A DNA stretch of 64,000 nucleotides from Rhizomicrobium sp. (GTDB lineage: Bacteria > Pseudomonadota > Alphaproteobacteria > Micropepsales > Micropepsaceae): positions 8,600 through 72,599 of the forward strand of contig DASYDX010000248.1 of assembly GCA_036499345.1 (NCBI GenBank), in the 5' to 3' direction. A model generated the notes under the pieces. The model was given only the letters and a program-made list of their open reading frames with translations. It had not been told where the DNA came from and did no database searches. Shown here one piece after another: positions 40,211-50,496 of this stretch. The position numbers and the translations under genes were made by a program. The stretch's first letter is position 1; every line of letters begins with the position of its first letter.

Positions 40211-40871
40211 TCTGCGCCAAGACACGGTCGGCGATGCGGCTGCAACGCGCGCCCATAAAGGGAAAGACACCGTCCACGCCGCTGGCGAGTTTCGCCGCCA
40301 GCGATTGACGCAAGGACTGCCGCGCCCGGAACAGGCGCGTCCGCACGGTTTGGGCATTGACCTGCAATTGCGCGGCGGTTTCTTCGACCGAGCATCCCTC
40401 GACTTCCCGCAGTATGAAGACGATGCGAAAATCCTCCGGCAAGCCGTCAATCGCCTTCTCCAGCAGGCCGCGCACTTCCGACCGCAAGGCTTCGGCTTCC
40501 GGGTCCGGTATCTCGGCCAGACCGGGAAAAGGAATGACGCGGACCCCGATTTCTTCCATGACATCCAGGCTCGTGGTTGGGCGGCGGCGGCGCAACCGGC
40601 CGCGGGCTTCGTTCAACGTGATGGCGGTCAGCCAGGTGGCCAAACCCGACTCGCCGCGAAAACCTCCAATCGCGGCAAAGGCCTTGAGATAGGCTTCCTG
40701 CAGCACATCTTCAGCTTCGTCGTCGCTGTGCACCACCGCCCGCGCCACCCGAAACAGCCGTTGATTGAAACGCTGCATGATGGCGCGGAACGCGTCATGA
40801 TCTCCGCGCCGGGCAAGCGGCAGCAATCCCTCTTCCGCCATCGCCGCATAATCTGTCGCCGTCTGCCGCAT
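40185..40871 (-). CDS. ECF sigma factor, ECF29-like (C-terminal FPF-x-GARC extension)
   Basis: AEDVLQEAY, TWLTAI, sigma4 EETA...TVRTRLFRAR, tail FPFMGARCSRIADRV; no anti-sigma gene adjacent. Confidence 0.85.
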   Translation of the reverse strand: MRQTATDYAAMAEEGLLPLARRGDHDAFRAIMQRFNQRLFRVARAVVHSDDEAEDVLQEAYLKAFAAIGGFRGESGLATWLTAITLNEARGRLRRRRPTTSLDVMEEIGVRVIPFPGLAEIPDPEAEALRSEVRGLLEKAIDGLPEDFRIVFILREVEGCSVEETAAQLQVNAQTVRTRLFRARQSLRQSLAAKLASGVDGVFPFMGARCSRIADRVLAQINASAPPD

Positions 40872-40875
40872 GCAA

Positions 40876-41208
40876 TCAATCGGCCTTTCTGATTGTCAGG
40901 CGCAGAACCATGTTGGGATGATAGCGGCAAATCACCTCCAGCACGCCGGGATCGCGGAGGGTGATTTCGCCTTGTGCGCCGGGCGCAAGATCCAGATCGA
41001 AGCTGCCTTTACGGTCCGTGGCGGTGTGCCGGAACATGTCCATATTCTTCCACAAAATAGTGTCGCCCGCCTTCAGACCAGCCGGCGCCTTGCCGAACGC
41101 CATATCGCGGATTTCGATCACCTGGCGCGCGGCTTCGGCGGGGAGAGGATTTGCCCAAGCCAGAAACAGCGCGCCAAGCAACGGCCATGCGCTCACGCGA
41201 TAGGACAT
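40876..41208 (-). CDS. Small cupredoxin-like periplasmic protein
   Basis: Signal peptide; H(TAT)...CRYHPNM copper-ligand pattern. Confidence 0.8.
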   Translation of the reverse strand: MSYRVSAWPLLGALFLAWANPLPAEAARQVIEIRDMAFGKAPAGLKAGDTILWKNMDMFRHTATDRKGSFDLDLAPGAQGEITLRDPGVLEVICRYHPNMVLRLTIRKAD

Positions 41209-41211
41209 GTC

Positions 41212-41730
41212 TTATTTCGCCAAGCTCATGGCCAGATGTTCGGCATGTTGCTGATGGGCGGTGAACAGCGACAGGCCGGTTTGCAAGAGCGATTTGAGTT
41301 CTGCGTTCTGCGAGTCGGGGATCAACGTATCCTTCAGCGCACCGTTGACGGTCTTATGGTAGGCGACCTCGTTTTCGACATAGGCACGGTCATAGGCGGC
41401 GCCCGACAGCTTGCCCAATTCGGCAAGTTTGGTGGCTGCAGCCTTGGAAAGCGCCTGGCTGGTGGCGTTGTCTTCCGGTGTGACGTTCAGCTTCTTCACC
41501 AGTGCCAAGGCCTTGTCGTTCACGGCCTGATGATCGCGCACCATTTCACCGGCGAAGGCCTTGACCTCGGCACTACTACTTTTTGCCAGCGCCTGTTTGG
41601 CGGCGCTGATGTCCAGAACCCCGGCGGTGTAGGCGATATGGGCAATCTGGGCGTCGTTGGGCTTCTGGCTTTGCGCCAGCGCCATACTCGGGCTCAGCAA
41701 AAGCGCGGCAAAAATCAATCTCTTCAACAT
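41212..41730 (-). CDS. DUF4142 family secreted protein
   Basis: Signal peptide; NDAQIAHI, MVRDH, YDRAYVENEVAYH, HQQHAE. Confidence 0.85.
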   Translation of the reverse strand: MLKRLIFAALLLSPSMALAQSQKPNDAQIAHIAYTAGVLDISAAKQALAKSSSAEVKAFAGEMVRDHQAVNDKALALVKKLNVTPEDNATSQALSKAAATKLAELGKLSGAAYDRAYVENEVAYHKTVNGALKDTLIPDSQNAELKSLLQTGLSLFTAHQQHAEHLAMSLAK

Positions 41731-41773
41731 GATGCTCTCCTTTGGCGAAACGCATCCGCGTCCCGTTCCGCCA

Positions 41774-41802
41774 TTGGATGCAGCACGCGAGAAAATGTTC
41801 CC
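41774..41802 (-). promoter_or_regulatory. Putative ECF29-type promoter of the DUF4142-cupredoxin-sigma operon
   Basis: Minus strand reads GGGAAC-N15-GCATCCAA, ending about 44 bp upstream of the DUF4142 ATG. Confidence 0.7.
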
Positions 41803-41828
41803 GCTGCTGAGCTATCTTTTTTGCCGCG

Positions 41829-42728
41829 CTAGACCGCGTTCGCCTTGGCCCAGCGCACCACCTCTTCATGGGTGGCGAACCAGACATCCTTTTTCGACCG
41901 CGCATAGCGGATCAACTCATCCAGAATCCAGATGCGCGAGCGATAGCCGATGATATGCGGGTGGCAGGTGAGCTGGAAAATCCCCCCTTCGTCATAAGCG
42001 GCGTCGAATTCGCGGCGGAAAATGTCGAACACATCTGTCGGCGGGGTATAGGGCCGCTGCGCCTGGAACCGGTTCATCATGAAATAGACCGCATCGTCGC
42101 GCACCCATTCCACCGGCAATTCCACCACGCCGCTAGGCTCGCCATGAAGCAGAAGCTCATAACAATCCTCATCCGCCATCAGGGATGAATCGTAGAGCAG
42201 CCCCATCTCCTTCTGGATCTGGAGTGTGAAGGGGCTGAAATCCCAGGATGGCGTGCGAAGCCCGACCGGGCGCATACCAGCGATTTCCGTCAGCGTGTCC
42301 GAGGCTCGCAGCATCAAATCCCGCTCATCTTCATAGGACAAAATCGAATTAAGTTCGTGTATCCAGCCATGAATGCCGATTTCATGCCCCGCCGCGACGA
42401 GCGCCTTTTGCTCTTCGGGATGGATCAATGCCGTCACGGCCGGCACATAAAATGACGCCCGCACGTCATGGCGCTTCAAAAGGCCCATGATACGCGGCAT
42501 GCCCACGCGGGCGCCGTACTGACCCCAGGACAGCCGCCCGATGGATTTTCCGCCATCGCGCAATTCATTGGTCTCGTGATCGGAATCGAAGGACAGCGCG
42601 AAGGCGCAGCGCGCGCCTTCCGGCCAAGCGTTCGGCCTCAGCCGCCGTCCCGCCCGCGCTTGATCGAGAATTCCGCGCCAATGCGCTTCCGGCCATTGCC
42701 AGGGCTGCAATTCCTTATCCGTCATCAC
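41829..42728 (-). CDS. Polysaccharide deacetylase (PuuE/PgdA-like)
   Basis: LSFDSD, HEIGIHGWIHE, RTPSW, YDSS, HPHIIG. Confidence 0.88.
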   Translation of the reverse strand: MMTDKELQPWQWPEAHWRGILDQARAGRRLRPNAWPEGARCAFALSFDSDHETNELRDGGKSIGRLSWGQYGARVGMPRIMGLLKRHDVRASFYVPAVTALIHPEEQKALVAAGHEIGIHGWIHELNSILSYEDERDLMLRASDTLTEIAGMRPVGLRTPSWDFSPFTLQIQKEMGLLYDSSLMADEDCYELLLHGEPSGVVELPVEWVRDDAVYFMMNRFQAQRPYTPPTDVFDIFRREFDAAYDEGGIFQLTCHPHIIGYRSRIWILDELIRYARSKKDVWFATHEEVVRWAKANAV

Positions 42729-43980
42729 GCGTTTCCTTGAGTGGCACGATCACCGCCAGCGAGAGCAAGGCGCAGCCGGCGATATAAAGAACCGGCGACA
42801 AGGGCGAGCCGGTGGCCGCAACCAGCCAAGTCGAAATATAAGGCCCGAATCCGCCGAACAGCGCCACGGTAAGACTGTATCCCGTGGACATCCACAAGAC
42901 CCGGGACGCCGATGGAAAAATCTCGGTCACGGCGGCAGGCGCACCACCGGAATAGATTGCCGTCAGCAACGCAAAAACGATCTGGGCCAAGATGGCGGGC
43001 GCGGCGCTCTGGCTTTTTACGATCAGCAAAAACAAGGGATAGGAAAGCAGCAGAAAACCGGCCGCGCCGATCAGCAGCAAGGGTTTGCGCCCGAAGCGGT
43101 CGGCCAATCCGCCAAAAAAAGGAATGGTCACGGCCAGAATGAAAAGACTGAGCGTATTGGACCAAAGGGCGGCGCTGGCGCCCAGATGCGAATAGCGGGC
43201 CGTGAACACCGGCATGTAAGTCAGAATGGCGTAATAGGCGACCGTCCAGATCACGATGATGCCGCCAGCTTGGAGCGCCAGCCGCAGCCCGGCGCGCGCG
43301 GTCACCGGCGGGCTCTTCTGCGCGATGAAGACAGGCGTCTCTTCGACATGGCGCCACATATAGAAGCCGATGGGAATGATCATCGCGCCGAGCAGAAACG
43401 GAAGCCGCCAACCGAAATCCGACATCTGCGCCTTGCTCAGCATCGTACCGAACAGGGCGGCGATAGCGGACCCCAACAACATGCCCGCTGCGACGCTGGA
43501 TTGCTGCAGACTGGAGAAGAAGCCCCGGCGATGGCGCGGCGCCCATTCATAAATGAAAGCTGTAGAGCTTCCCCATTCCCCGCCGGCGGAAAAACCCTGC
43601 AGCAGGCGGCAGAACACCAACAGCCAAGGCGCCGCCATGCCCGCCACATCGCGGCCCGGAACCAGGCCGATGCCTGCCGTTCCGACCGCCATCAGCAGGA
43701 TGGTCAGCACCAGTGCGGTCTTGCGGCCGTTGCGGTCGCCAAGGCGCCCGATCACGATTCCGCCGAGCGGCCGAACCACAAAGCCCAGACCGAACGTGGC
43801 GAACACCGCCAGCAATCCGGTCAGGGGATCATCCTGTGGAAAAAACTTCTCCGCAATATAGGGCGCCATATAGGCGTAGACGGTGAAGTCGTACCACTCC
43901 AGCACATTGCCCGCGGCGGCCGCGAGGATGGAACGCCACAGACCAGGCCGTGCCTGCTCCACCCTTTCCATCCTCTGCAT
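42715..43980 (-). CDS. MFS transporter (MHS/ProP-like)
   Basis: GNVLEWYDF, RPLGG, GDRNGRK, QGFSAGGE. Confidence 0.9.
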   Translation of the reverse strand: MQRMERVEQARPGLWRSILAAAAGNVLEWYDFTVYAYMAPYIAEKFFPQDDPLTGLLAVFATFGLGFVVRPLGGIVIGRLGDRNGRKTALVLTILLMAVGTAGIGLVPGRDVAGMAAPWLLVFCRLLQGFSAGGEWGSSTAFIYEWAPRHRRGFFSSLQQSSVAAGMLLGSAIAALFGTMLSKAQMSDFGWRLPFLLGAMIIPIGFYMWRHVEETPVFIAQKSPPVTARAGLRLALQAGGIIVIWTVAYYAILTYMPVFTARYSHLGASAALWSNTLSLFILAVTIPFFGGLADRFGRKPLLLIGAAGFLLLSYPLFLLIVKSQSAAPAILAQIVFALLTAIYSGGAPAAVTEIFPSASRVLWMSTGYSLTVALFGGFGPYISTWLVAATGSPLSPVLYIAGCALLSLAVIVPLKETRDDG

Positions 43981-44113
43981 GGTCCCCGCGCCCCGACACT
44001 GTGACGGCGACGACCCTAACCCAGGCTCCGCCCGGGGCAAACTGGGGTTGGCCCTGCGATAGAAGCGGCCCCGACAGCGTGGTCTTGCAGGGCCGGGAGC
44101 TGACCGCCCAGTC

Positions 44114-44956
44114 TTAGATCTCGCGCAAATAAGCGTCGAAAATCGGCGTCACGACATTGGGTGAAGCAGCCTCCACCGCATAAGTGAATGTCCCCTTGGT
44201 GGACATTTCCTCCGCAGCGCGCAGGAAGGCCCCCAGCGCCGCGCGCTGCAAAGAACTGCCCACACTGATGCGCCTCACCCCGATCTTGGACAATTCTTCC
44301 AGGCTGAGCGGCGCGCCCACCAGCCCCATCACCACATTCACCGGGCGATCCACGGACGACACAAGGGACGCAATATCTTCGCGCGTCCTCAGACCCGGTG
44401 CATACAGCACGTCCGCGCCCGCATCCTGATAGGCTTGCAGCCGCTTGATGGTGTCGGCGAGATCGGGCCGGCCCCAGAGAAAATTCTCGGCGCGCGCCGT
44501 GAGCGTGAATTTGTACGGCAGCGCCCGCGCTGCTTCGACGGCCGCCTGTACCCGTTCTTTCGCCAGGCCGATATCGTAGATCGGCGCGGCGCCGTCGCCA
44601 GTGGCATCCTCGATGGAACCACCGACAATGCCGCTGTCCTCAGACAGACGGATGGTGTCAGCCGCGTCTTCCGGCCGGTCGCCAAAACCGTTCTCTAGAT
44701 CGGCGCTCACGGGAAGGTCGGTTCCGGCCACGATGTCGGCGGCGTTGGCCAGGGTCTGCTCCCGCGTCAGACTATTGTCCCGCTGCCCGATGGAAAAAGC
44801 ATAGCCCATGCTGGTGGTGGCCAGCGCCTTGAATCCCATATGCGCAAGAATACGGGCGGAACCGCGATCCCAAGGATTGGGAATGATAAAGGTTTCCCGA
44901 TGAAGCGCGTAAAAAGCGTCGGCTTTTGCTTTGGTCTCGGCGAGAATTTTGGCCAT
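44114..44956 (-). CDS. Isocitrate lyase/PEP mutase family protein
   Basis: PNPWD, ALATTS, SADLENGFG, SIED, AGADVLYAPG. Confidence 0.88.
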   Translation of the reverse strand: MAKILAETKAKADAFYALHRETFIIPNPWDRGSARILAHMGFKALATTSMGYAFSIGQRDNSLTREQTLANAADIVAGTDLPVSADLENGFGDRPEDAADTIRLSEDSGIVGGSIEDATGDGAAPIYDIGLAKERVQAAVEAARALPYKFTLTARAENFLWGRPDLADTIKRLQAYQDAGADVLYAPGLRTREDIASLVSSVDRPVNVVMGLVGAPLSLEELSKIGVRRISVGSSLQRAALGAFLRAAEEMSTKGTFTYAVEAASPNVVTPIFDAYLREI

Positions 44957-45072
44957 GGGTCATGTCTTTCCGGCGGACAGGGAAGTACGAATTGGAACCG
45001 CGACCGGCAGGCTAACCACTGGAGCCTTTCGCGAAAAGCCTTCGCCACCGCCCCTGACGGTATCTTCGGGCA

Positions 45073-47286
45073 TCAAGCCTTCTGGATCCAAAACCGATAC
45101 ATACCCGAAAAGGCGCTCGGGTTTTCTTCTTCGAATATATGCCAAAATCGGAGATTGGTGGCGGCGGAATCCTCGGGAAATCGCTGCCGATAGGCTTTGA
45201 GCGTGCCAGGATCGGTTTCGAATCCCAGAAATATCAGGCCATTCTCCCGCAAGAACGTATCGATAGCGGGAAGTTGGGTCCGGGATTCTTGGACATGGAA
45301 AAGCAGGTCGCGGCAAGAACTGACACCAAAGAAGTCGTCGGAGGCAGCGACGCCAAAATCCTGGCACGCAGGCGAATTCAGCAAATCCTGCCGGCAACGC
45401 CGGATACCGTCCATCGATGTTCCATATCCGCCTTGCGTAACGAAATGCTGAGCTGCGGCAATGCCTTTTCGCGCTGCCTCGCTATAAAGCCCAACCGTCA
45501 TGAACCCGCCGGGACGTAACAGCGGCAACAACGCTTTCCAGCCCACAAAAGCGTCGGCCAAGTGATGCAGCACGCCGGAGCATTCTATGACGTCAAATGT
45601 GCGCCCCAGCACACCAAGTTCCAGCAAGTCTGCTTGCGCGAATTCGATTCCGCTTAGCCCCAATTCCAGCGCTTTGCGTTTGGCGTAACCGAGGCTGGCG
45701 GTGCTGAGATCCACCGCCAGGGTGCGCGACCTGATGCCTTGCGTGATTTCGAGAGCGAGCTGACCGGTACCGCAGCCCGCACTGAGAATATACGCGACAT
45801 CGCTTTCGCCTTTGGGCTCGAAGCAAGCCAGCGGGAATCGCTTACGCAAATAGGCGGCAATTGTGATCGCTTGATCCGCGCATGGAATGCGAACCCAGCG
45901 AGGATATGGGTTTTCTTCATATTGCTGCTGGTTCAGGCGGGAAACAGCATTCTCGATCCGCGTCGCTTTCGGAATGGCGGCACGAAGGCGCGCTTCTTCC
46001 CGCGGCTCGCACAATTGCTGTGCCAGAAGGACGGCAACCGGTTCCGGCCATGTCATGTCCAGCAACCTGTCAGCGCCGGAGATGGTCTCTAGCGGGAAAT
46101 AAGACGCGACCGCCAACAGATGCCAGACGGGAACCGGCGCGCTCAAATCGAGCGCCGCCGCCATTGCATCGCGCAACTTGGCCGCCTGGCCCATCTCTGC
46201 TTCATCACAAAAGAATACATATTCATTGATGAAACACTGGTGCGCCAATGCGGCGATGAAGCCAAGCGCGGCCTCATCAACGCCTCTACCGTCCCCTATC
46301 TCATCGAGCAGGGCGCGGCGCGCCATGGTGAGAAAGATTTCGATTTCGAGATCCGTATTCTGCGCCGACGTCAAAAAAACAAGAAGCAGCGTGTCACGCG
46401 CCAGCGCCGCGAGGCCTTCAGGCCCGAACAATTCCTGCGCCGGCAGCGCCACCGGCCACGCCTTTGCAGCCCGCGCTATGCACGCGCCGGTCTCTGCCCC
46501 TTGCTTGATCAAACTGGCGGCACTGCGGGAGAGCATACCCGGCCGGGCCCAAGCTTCGGCGAGAGCACGCTGCATGGTGCTGCGGACCAGCGCATTGTCG
46601 CCTCCCCATCGCAAGGGCTGGGTGATTTCGGCGAAAATTCGCTTGGCATCCACGGTGTCGCCGATGCACAGGGATTGCAGGATCATTTCCACTGCCGTCA
46701 CGGCATCGCCTTGCAGTGCCAGCGTTTCCGCCAGACCGTTCAGACCCTTGCAATCCTGAGGCAGGATGACGGTCAACCGCCGATAGACCGTAACAGCCTC
46801 GGCAAGTCGCCCTTGCGCTTTGAGTATCGCGCCCAGATTGCTGAGCGCCTGGGCGTAATCCGGCACCAGCGCCAGGGCCCGGCGGATGCTCGCCTCGGCC
46901 TCATCGCGCTCACTCAGTTCAAAAAGCGCCGCGCCAAGATTGTTAAGCGCTTCGGCGAAATCCGGCTGCAACGCCAGCGCCTCGCGATAGCTGGTCACCG
47001 CCTCGCCCGGCTTCCCGCGATCAAACAGAACCGTGCCGAGATTGTTATGCGCTTGTGCCTGCTCCGGCTGGAGCGCCAGCGCCTGCCGATAGCTGACCTC
47101 AGCCTCCTCCAGCATATCAAGCTCGCAAAGCGCGGTGCCGAGATTGCTGTGCGCCCCCGCCAGGCTCGGCTCGAGCGCGATTGCACGGCGATAACAGGCT
47201 ATGGCGTCATCCAGGCGCCCGGCCTGGTGATACCCCACCGCCTGTGCAAATAGGCCCCGAGCGTCCGGCGGCGCATCGTGCTTCAC
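45073..47286 (-). CDS. TPR-repeat protein with C-terminal class I SAM methyltransferase
   Basis: Several TPRs (AHSNLG, AHNNLG, ALNNLG, ALSNLG); QYEENPYPRW; AGCGTGQ; GVLHHL. Confidence 0.85.
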   Translation of the reverse strand: MKHDAPPDARGLFAQAVGYHQAGRLDDAIACYRRAIALEPSLAGAHSNLGTALCELDMLEEAEVSYRQALALQPEQAQAHNNLGTVLFDRGKPGEAVTSYREALALQPDFAEALNNLGAALFELSERDEAEASIRRALALVPDYAQALSNLGAILKAQGRLAEAVTVYRRLTVILPQDCKGLNGLAETLALQGDAVTAVEMILQSLCIGDTVDAKRIFAEITQPLRWGGDNALVRSTMQRALAEAWARPGMLSRSAASLIKQGAETGACIARAAKAWPVALPAQELFGPEGLAALARDTLLLVFLTSAQNTDLEIEIFLTMARRALLDEIGDGRGVDEAALGFIAALAHQCFINEYVFFCDEAEMGQAAKLRDAMAAALDLSAPVPVWHLLAVASYFPLETISGADRLLDMTWPEPVAVLLAQQLCEPREEARLRAAIPKATRIENAVSRLNQQQYEENPYPRWVRIPCADQAITIAAYLRKRFPLACFEPKGESDVAYILSAGCGTGQLALEITQGIRSRTLAVDLSTASLGYAKRKALELGLSGIEFAQADLLELGVLGRTFDVIECSGVLHHLADAFVGWKALLPLLRPGGFMTVGLYSEAARKGIAAAQHFVTQGGYGTSMDGIRRCRQDLLNSPACQDFGVAASDDFFGVSSCRDLLFHVQESRTQLPAIDTFLRENGLIFLGFETDPGTLKAYRQRFPEDSAATNLRFWHIFEEENPSAFSGMYRFWIQKA

Positions 47287-47412
47287 GCAGCTGTTCGCTT
47301 TTCCGGGGTGGCGAAAGACCGCCGACAGTCTTTAGGAATATCCTGCGCGGGATCATACCGCGCAGGATCGCCATTTCAATCCGGGCCGCTGCATGTGGCA
47401 GCCCGCAATCAC

Positions 47413-50400
47413 TCAATAGGTGAACCGAATCCCCGCATGCCACATCCGGCCGAGAACGTCATAGATGCTCGGGTTGGTCGTGGTGTAGGCGTTGTTGCTG
47501 GGGCTGTAGCTCACAGTCGAAGGCGGCGGCGTGCCGAGTGCATTATCCACCGCGCCGTAGAATTGTATTTCGTCATTCCATTTATAGCTGGCGCGCAAAT
47601 CGAGATAGGCGATTTGCGGGACATCATTGTTGTCCACCTGCACGCCGGAGGTCCAGCCATTGACCAGATGCGCCGAGCTCAGATAGCGGGTTTGCACCGT
47701 GCCGGACCACGGACCTTCGTCATAGGTGGCCGACAGGTTGAAGTGCAGCTTGGGAACACCCGCGAAGAGTGAGCCATTGCTCAGGCTACCGGCAAAGTCA
47801 TAGGTCGCTTGCGAACCAGTTGCCGGATCGGTGACACCGAACAAGGTTTCGGTTTCCTCGTCGGTGTAGTTGCCGGCCAGATGCAGACCGAGCTTCCCGC
47901 TGAACAAATCCATCTGATAATCGGCATTGAAATCCAATCCCGACGTCATCAGGAAGCCGTTATTGTACGGGAAGGTATAGAGATATTGCAGGCCGTTCGG
48001 ATTGGACGCCGTCGCAAGCGCCGGATTTGTCGGATTGTAGCGCCAGTTGGCGCAATACCCGGTGCCCGAATTGGGATTGCCGAGGCCACCATTATAGTTG
48101 GTCCCTTTAACAGAAGCGATGCCATCGGGCGTCGGCGAGCCTGCCAGACAAGCCGTCCGCTCAAAGGTCGTGCTGGGCGACACGATGATGTTCTTCACAT
48201 TGATATTGTACCAGTCGAAGGACAGGCTCAGGCCCGGGATCCAATGCGGCGTCAGAACGATACCCGCCGACCAGGTGATCGCCTTTTCCGGCTGCAGCGA
48301 CGTGTTGCCGGCCGCCATGGAAAGCGCCGCCGCCGCGGTATTACCGGTCAGATAGTCCACCTGCCCGCCGGACGCCGGAATGACGTTGAACAATTCGGCC
48401 AGATTGGGCGCGCGAATGTCGAAGGATAACGTACCGCGCATACGGATATCCTCATTGATCTGACTGGTGAGGCCCAGCTTCCAGGTTTCCACCATGCCGC
48501 TGGTGGAATAGTCGGTGATGCGGCCTGCCATGTTACCGTCGATGCTGTCGACGAAGCCGTTCTTGAGGATCGGGATATTCAGTTCGCCGAAACCTTCGAT
48601 GATGTTGTACTCACCCCTCACCGGGATGAAGTTGCCGCCGCCCAGAGCGCCTTGCGCGCCCAGGGGATCGGCCGTGCTCACCATGGTTTCCTTGCGATAT
48701 TCCACGCCGAAAGCGGTGGAAGGCGCGCCCGCCCCGGTCACATCCCAAGGCAAAATACCCTGCATGGAGGCACCCGCCGTGTCTTGTTGCATATTCAAGA
48801 AATAATAGTCGTCATGGTCCACGATATAGTTGACGGCTTGCGGCGTGATCTGATTGAGGCCGAAGGGGTTCAAAGGCACGCAACCATTGGAAGGGCTCGT
48901 CAGACTGGAGCGGCAGACAATGGTGTTTGCCGGAACCCCCAGCGCATTGCCCGCCGGCGCAAACACGGAATCGATCGCATTGGCGTAATTCTGTGTGATT
49001 TCGATGGAAGTATAACGCTCGTGCAGATGGGTTTCGCTGTGCTGAATGTCGGCGTTCCACGACCAATCATTGCCGAGTGCGCCATTCAGACTGAAGGCTC
49101 CGCGGTATAGTTGGCGGTTGGTGATTTCCACTGGCGTGCCGACGGAGTTTGCAAATTGCTCCATGCTCTCGCCGGGAGTGGGCTGTATAAACCCACCTTG
49201 CGTACTGGCCGTGCCGACGCTTGTGACGGTAAAGGTCTTCAAGTTCGCCGTCTGCATCTGCGCCAGAAGGGACGGCGGCAAGAAGGCATTGTCCCGCTGA
49301 ATCACAGCATTCTGCTGAATGGTGAGACTCGAACCCTTGGCGCGAACCTTGCTGTACTGCAGCATCAAACCGGCCTGGATATCCGAAGTGAGTTTGTAGC
49401 TGCCGTAAAAGAATCCGGTTTCGGTCAGAAGCGGATAGGTCGCCAGGCCAATCTGCGACGGAGAAAGAGATTGGTTGGTCGAACCGCCATAACAGCCGGT
49501 ATTCGATTTTGACGTCGCCGCGGCCTGATAGGGCGGAAGATTGGCGTTGGCGTAAAAATTACAATTGGGCGCAACGAAGTTCGAAATCGCGCCGCCCGGC
49601 CCAAATTGGATGCCGTTCAAAGCCGTGCTCGCCGCCCCGGCATTCGTAACGCCGCCATTGATGATACCGCCCGGCGTGGTGCTGTTACCGGCGCCCTGCA
49701 CGATAATGTTCTTCGGCACGTTGGGATTGGTCACGGCGTTGTAAGCGGGGTTCGCGACCTGCGCCGGATTGTTGAACCAAGGCAACTGCGCCATGTAGGC
49801 CGTGTCCGGGGAATGAGTGTAATTGACCGCCCATTCGACATGCGCGCGATCCCCCAGGAAATCGACACCATGGGTGACGGTGAAGCCATATTGACCGCGA
49901 AGATTCTGGCCGGTGTCCTGCAGATCGACAGAAGCTTTAAAGCCGGTGAAATTCTTGTTGATGATCAGATTGACCACGCCCGCGACGGCGTCAGAGCCCC
50001 AGGCTGCTGAGGCGCCGCCTGTGACCACGTCCACACGTTGGATCAGAGAATTGGGGATGGTGTTGAGATCGACACCATATTGCGTACCCGCCCACACCTG
50101 ACGTTCGCCATCAACCAGAACCAAGGTACGGGTAACGCCCAGATTGCGCAGATTGATGCTGCTGATACCGACGGCGCCCGAATTGCCGGCATTGCCTTGG
50201 GTGCCGTTCGTGGGGCTTTGGCCGGTGCCCATCATGGGGAGTTGGCGCAGCGTCTGCCCGATATCCGCGTTCGCGGCTTGCTGCAGCTGTCCGGAGTCGA
50301 TCACGGAAACCGGCGTCGGCGCCGTGTAACCGGCAATGGAAATGCGCGATGCGGAAACAATCACCGTCTCGGCACTATCCGCCGCCGGTTGTTGCGCTGG

Positions 50401-50496
50401 AGCGTCCTGCGCGAAAGCGGCCCCCGCCGTAAGAGCAAACAGACCAACGCTGGTAACAAGATGGGCACGAATCTTCCCGGTCCTGAAATTACGCAT
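47413..50496 (-). CDS. TonB-dependent receptor
   Basis: Signal peptide, TonB box ETVIVSASR, plug RTLVLVDG...GSDAVAGVVN, C-terminal GIRFTY. Confidence 0.93.
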   Translation of the reverse strand: MRNFRTGKIRAHLVTSVGLFALTAGAAFAQDAPAQQPAADSAETVIVSASRISIAGYTAPTPVSVIDSGQLQQAANADIGQTLRQLPMMGTGQSPTNGTQGNAGNSGAVGISSINLRNLGVTRTLVLVDGERQVWAGTQYGVDLNTIPNSLIQRVDVVTGGASAAWGSDAVAGVVNLIINKNFTGFKASVDLQDTGQNLRGQYGFTVTHGVDFLGDRAHVEWAVNYTHSPDTAYMAQLPWFNNPAQVANPAYNAVTNPNVPKNIIVQGAGNSTTPGGIINGGVTNAGAASTALNGIQFGPGGAISNFVAPNCNFYANANLPPYQAAATSKSNTGCYGGSTNQSLSPSQIGLATYPLLTETGFFYGSYKLTSDIQAGLMLQYSKVRAKGSSLTIQQNAVIQRDNAFLPPSLLAQMQTANLKTFTVTSVGTASTQGGFIQPTPGESMEQFANSVGTPVEITNRQLYRGAFSLNGALGNDWSWNADIQHSETHLHERYTSIEITQNYANAIDSVFAPAGNALGVPANTIVCRSSLTSPSNGCVPLNPFGLNQITPQAVNYIVDHDDYYFLNMQQDTAGASMQGILPWDVTGAGAPSTAFGVEYRKETMVSTADPLGAQGALGGGNFIPVRGEYNIIEGFGELNIPILKNGFVDSIDGNMAGRITDYSTSGMVETWKLGLTSQINEDIRMRGTLSFDIRAPNLAELFNVIPASGGQVDYLTGNTAAAALSMAAGNTSLQPEKAITWSAGIVLTPHWIPGLSLSFDWYNINVKNIIVSPSTTFERTACLAGSPTPDGIASVKGTNYNGGLGNPNSGTGYCANWRYNPTNPALATASNPNGLQYLYTFPYNNGFLMTSGLDFNADYQMDLFSGKLGLHLAGNYTDEETETLFGVTDPATGSQATYDFAGSLSNGSLFAGVPKLHFNLSATYDEGPWSGTVQTRYLSSAHLVNGWTSGVQVDNNDVPQIAYLDLRASYKWNDEIQFYGAVDNALGTPPPSTVSYSPSNNAYTTTNPSIYDVLGRMWHAGIRFTY

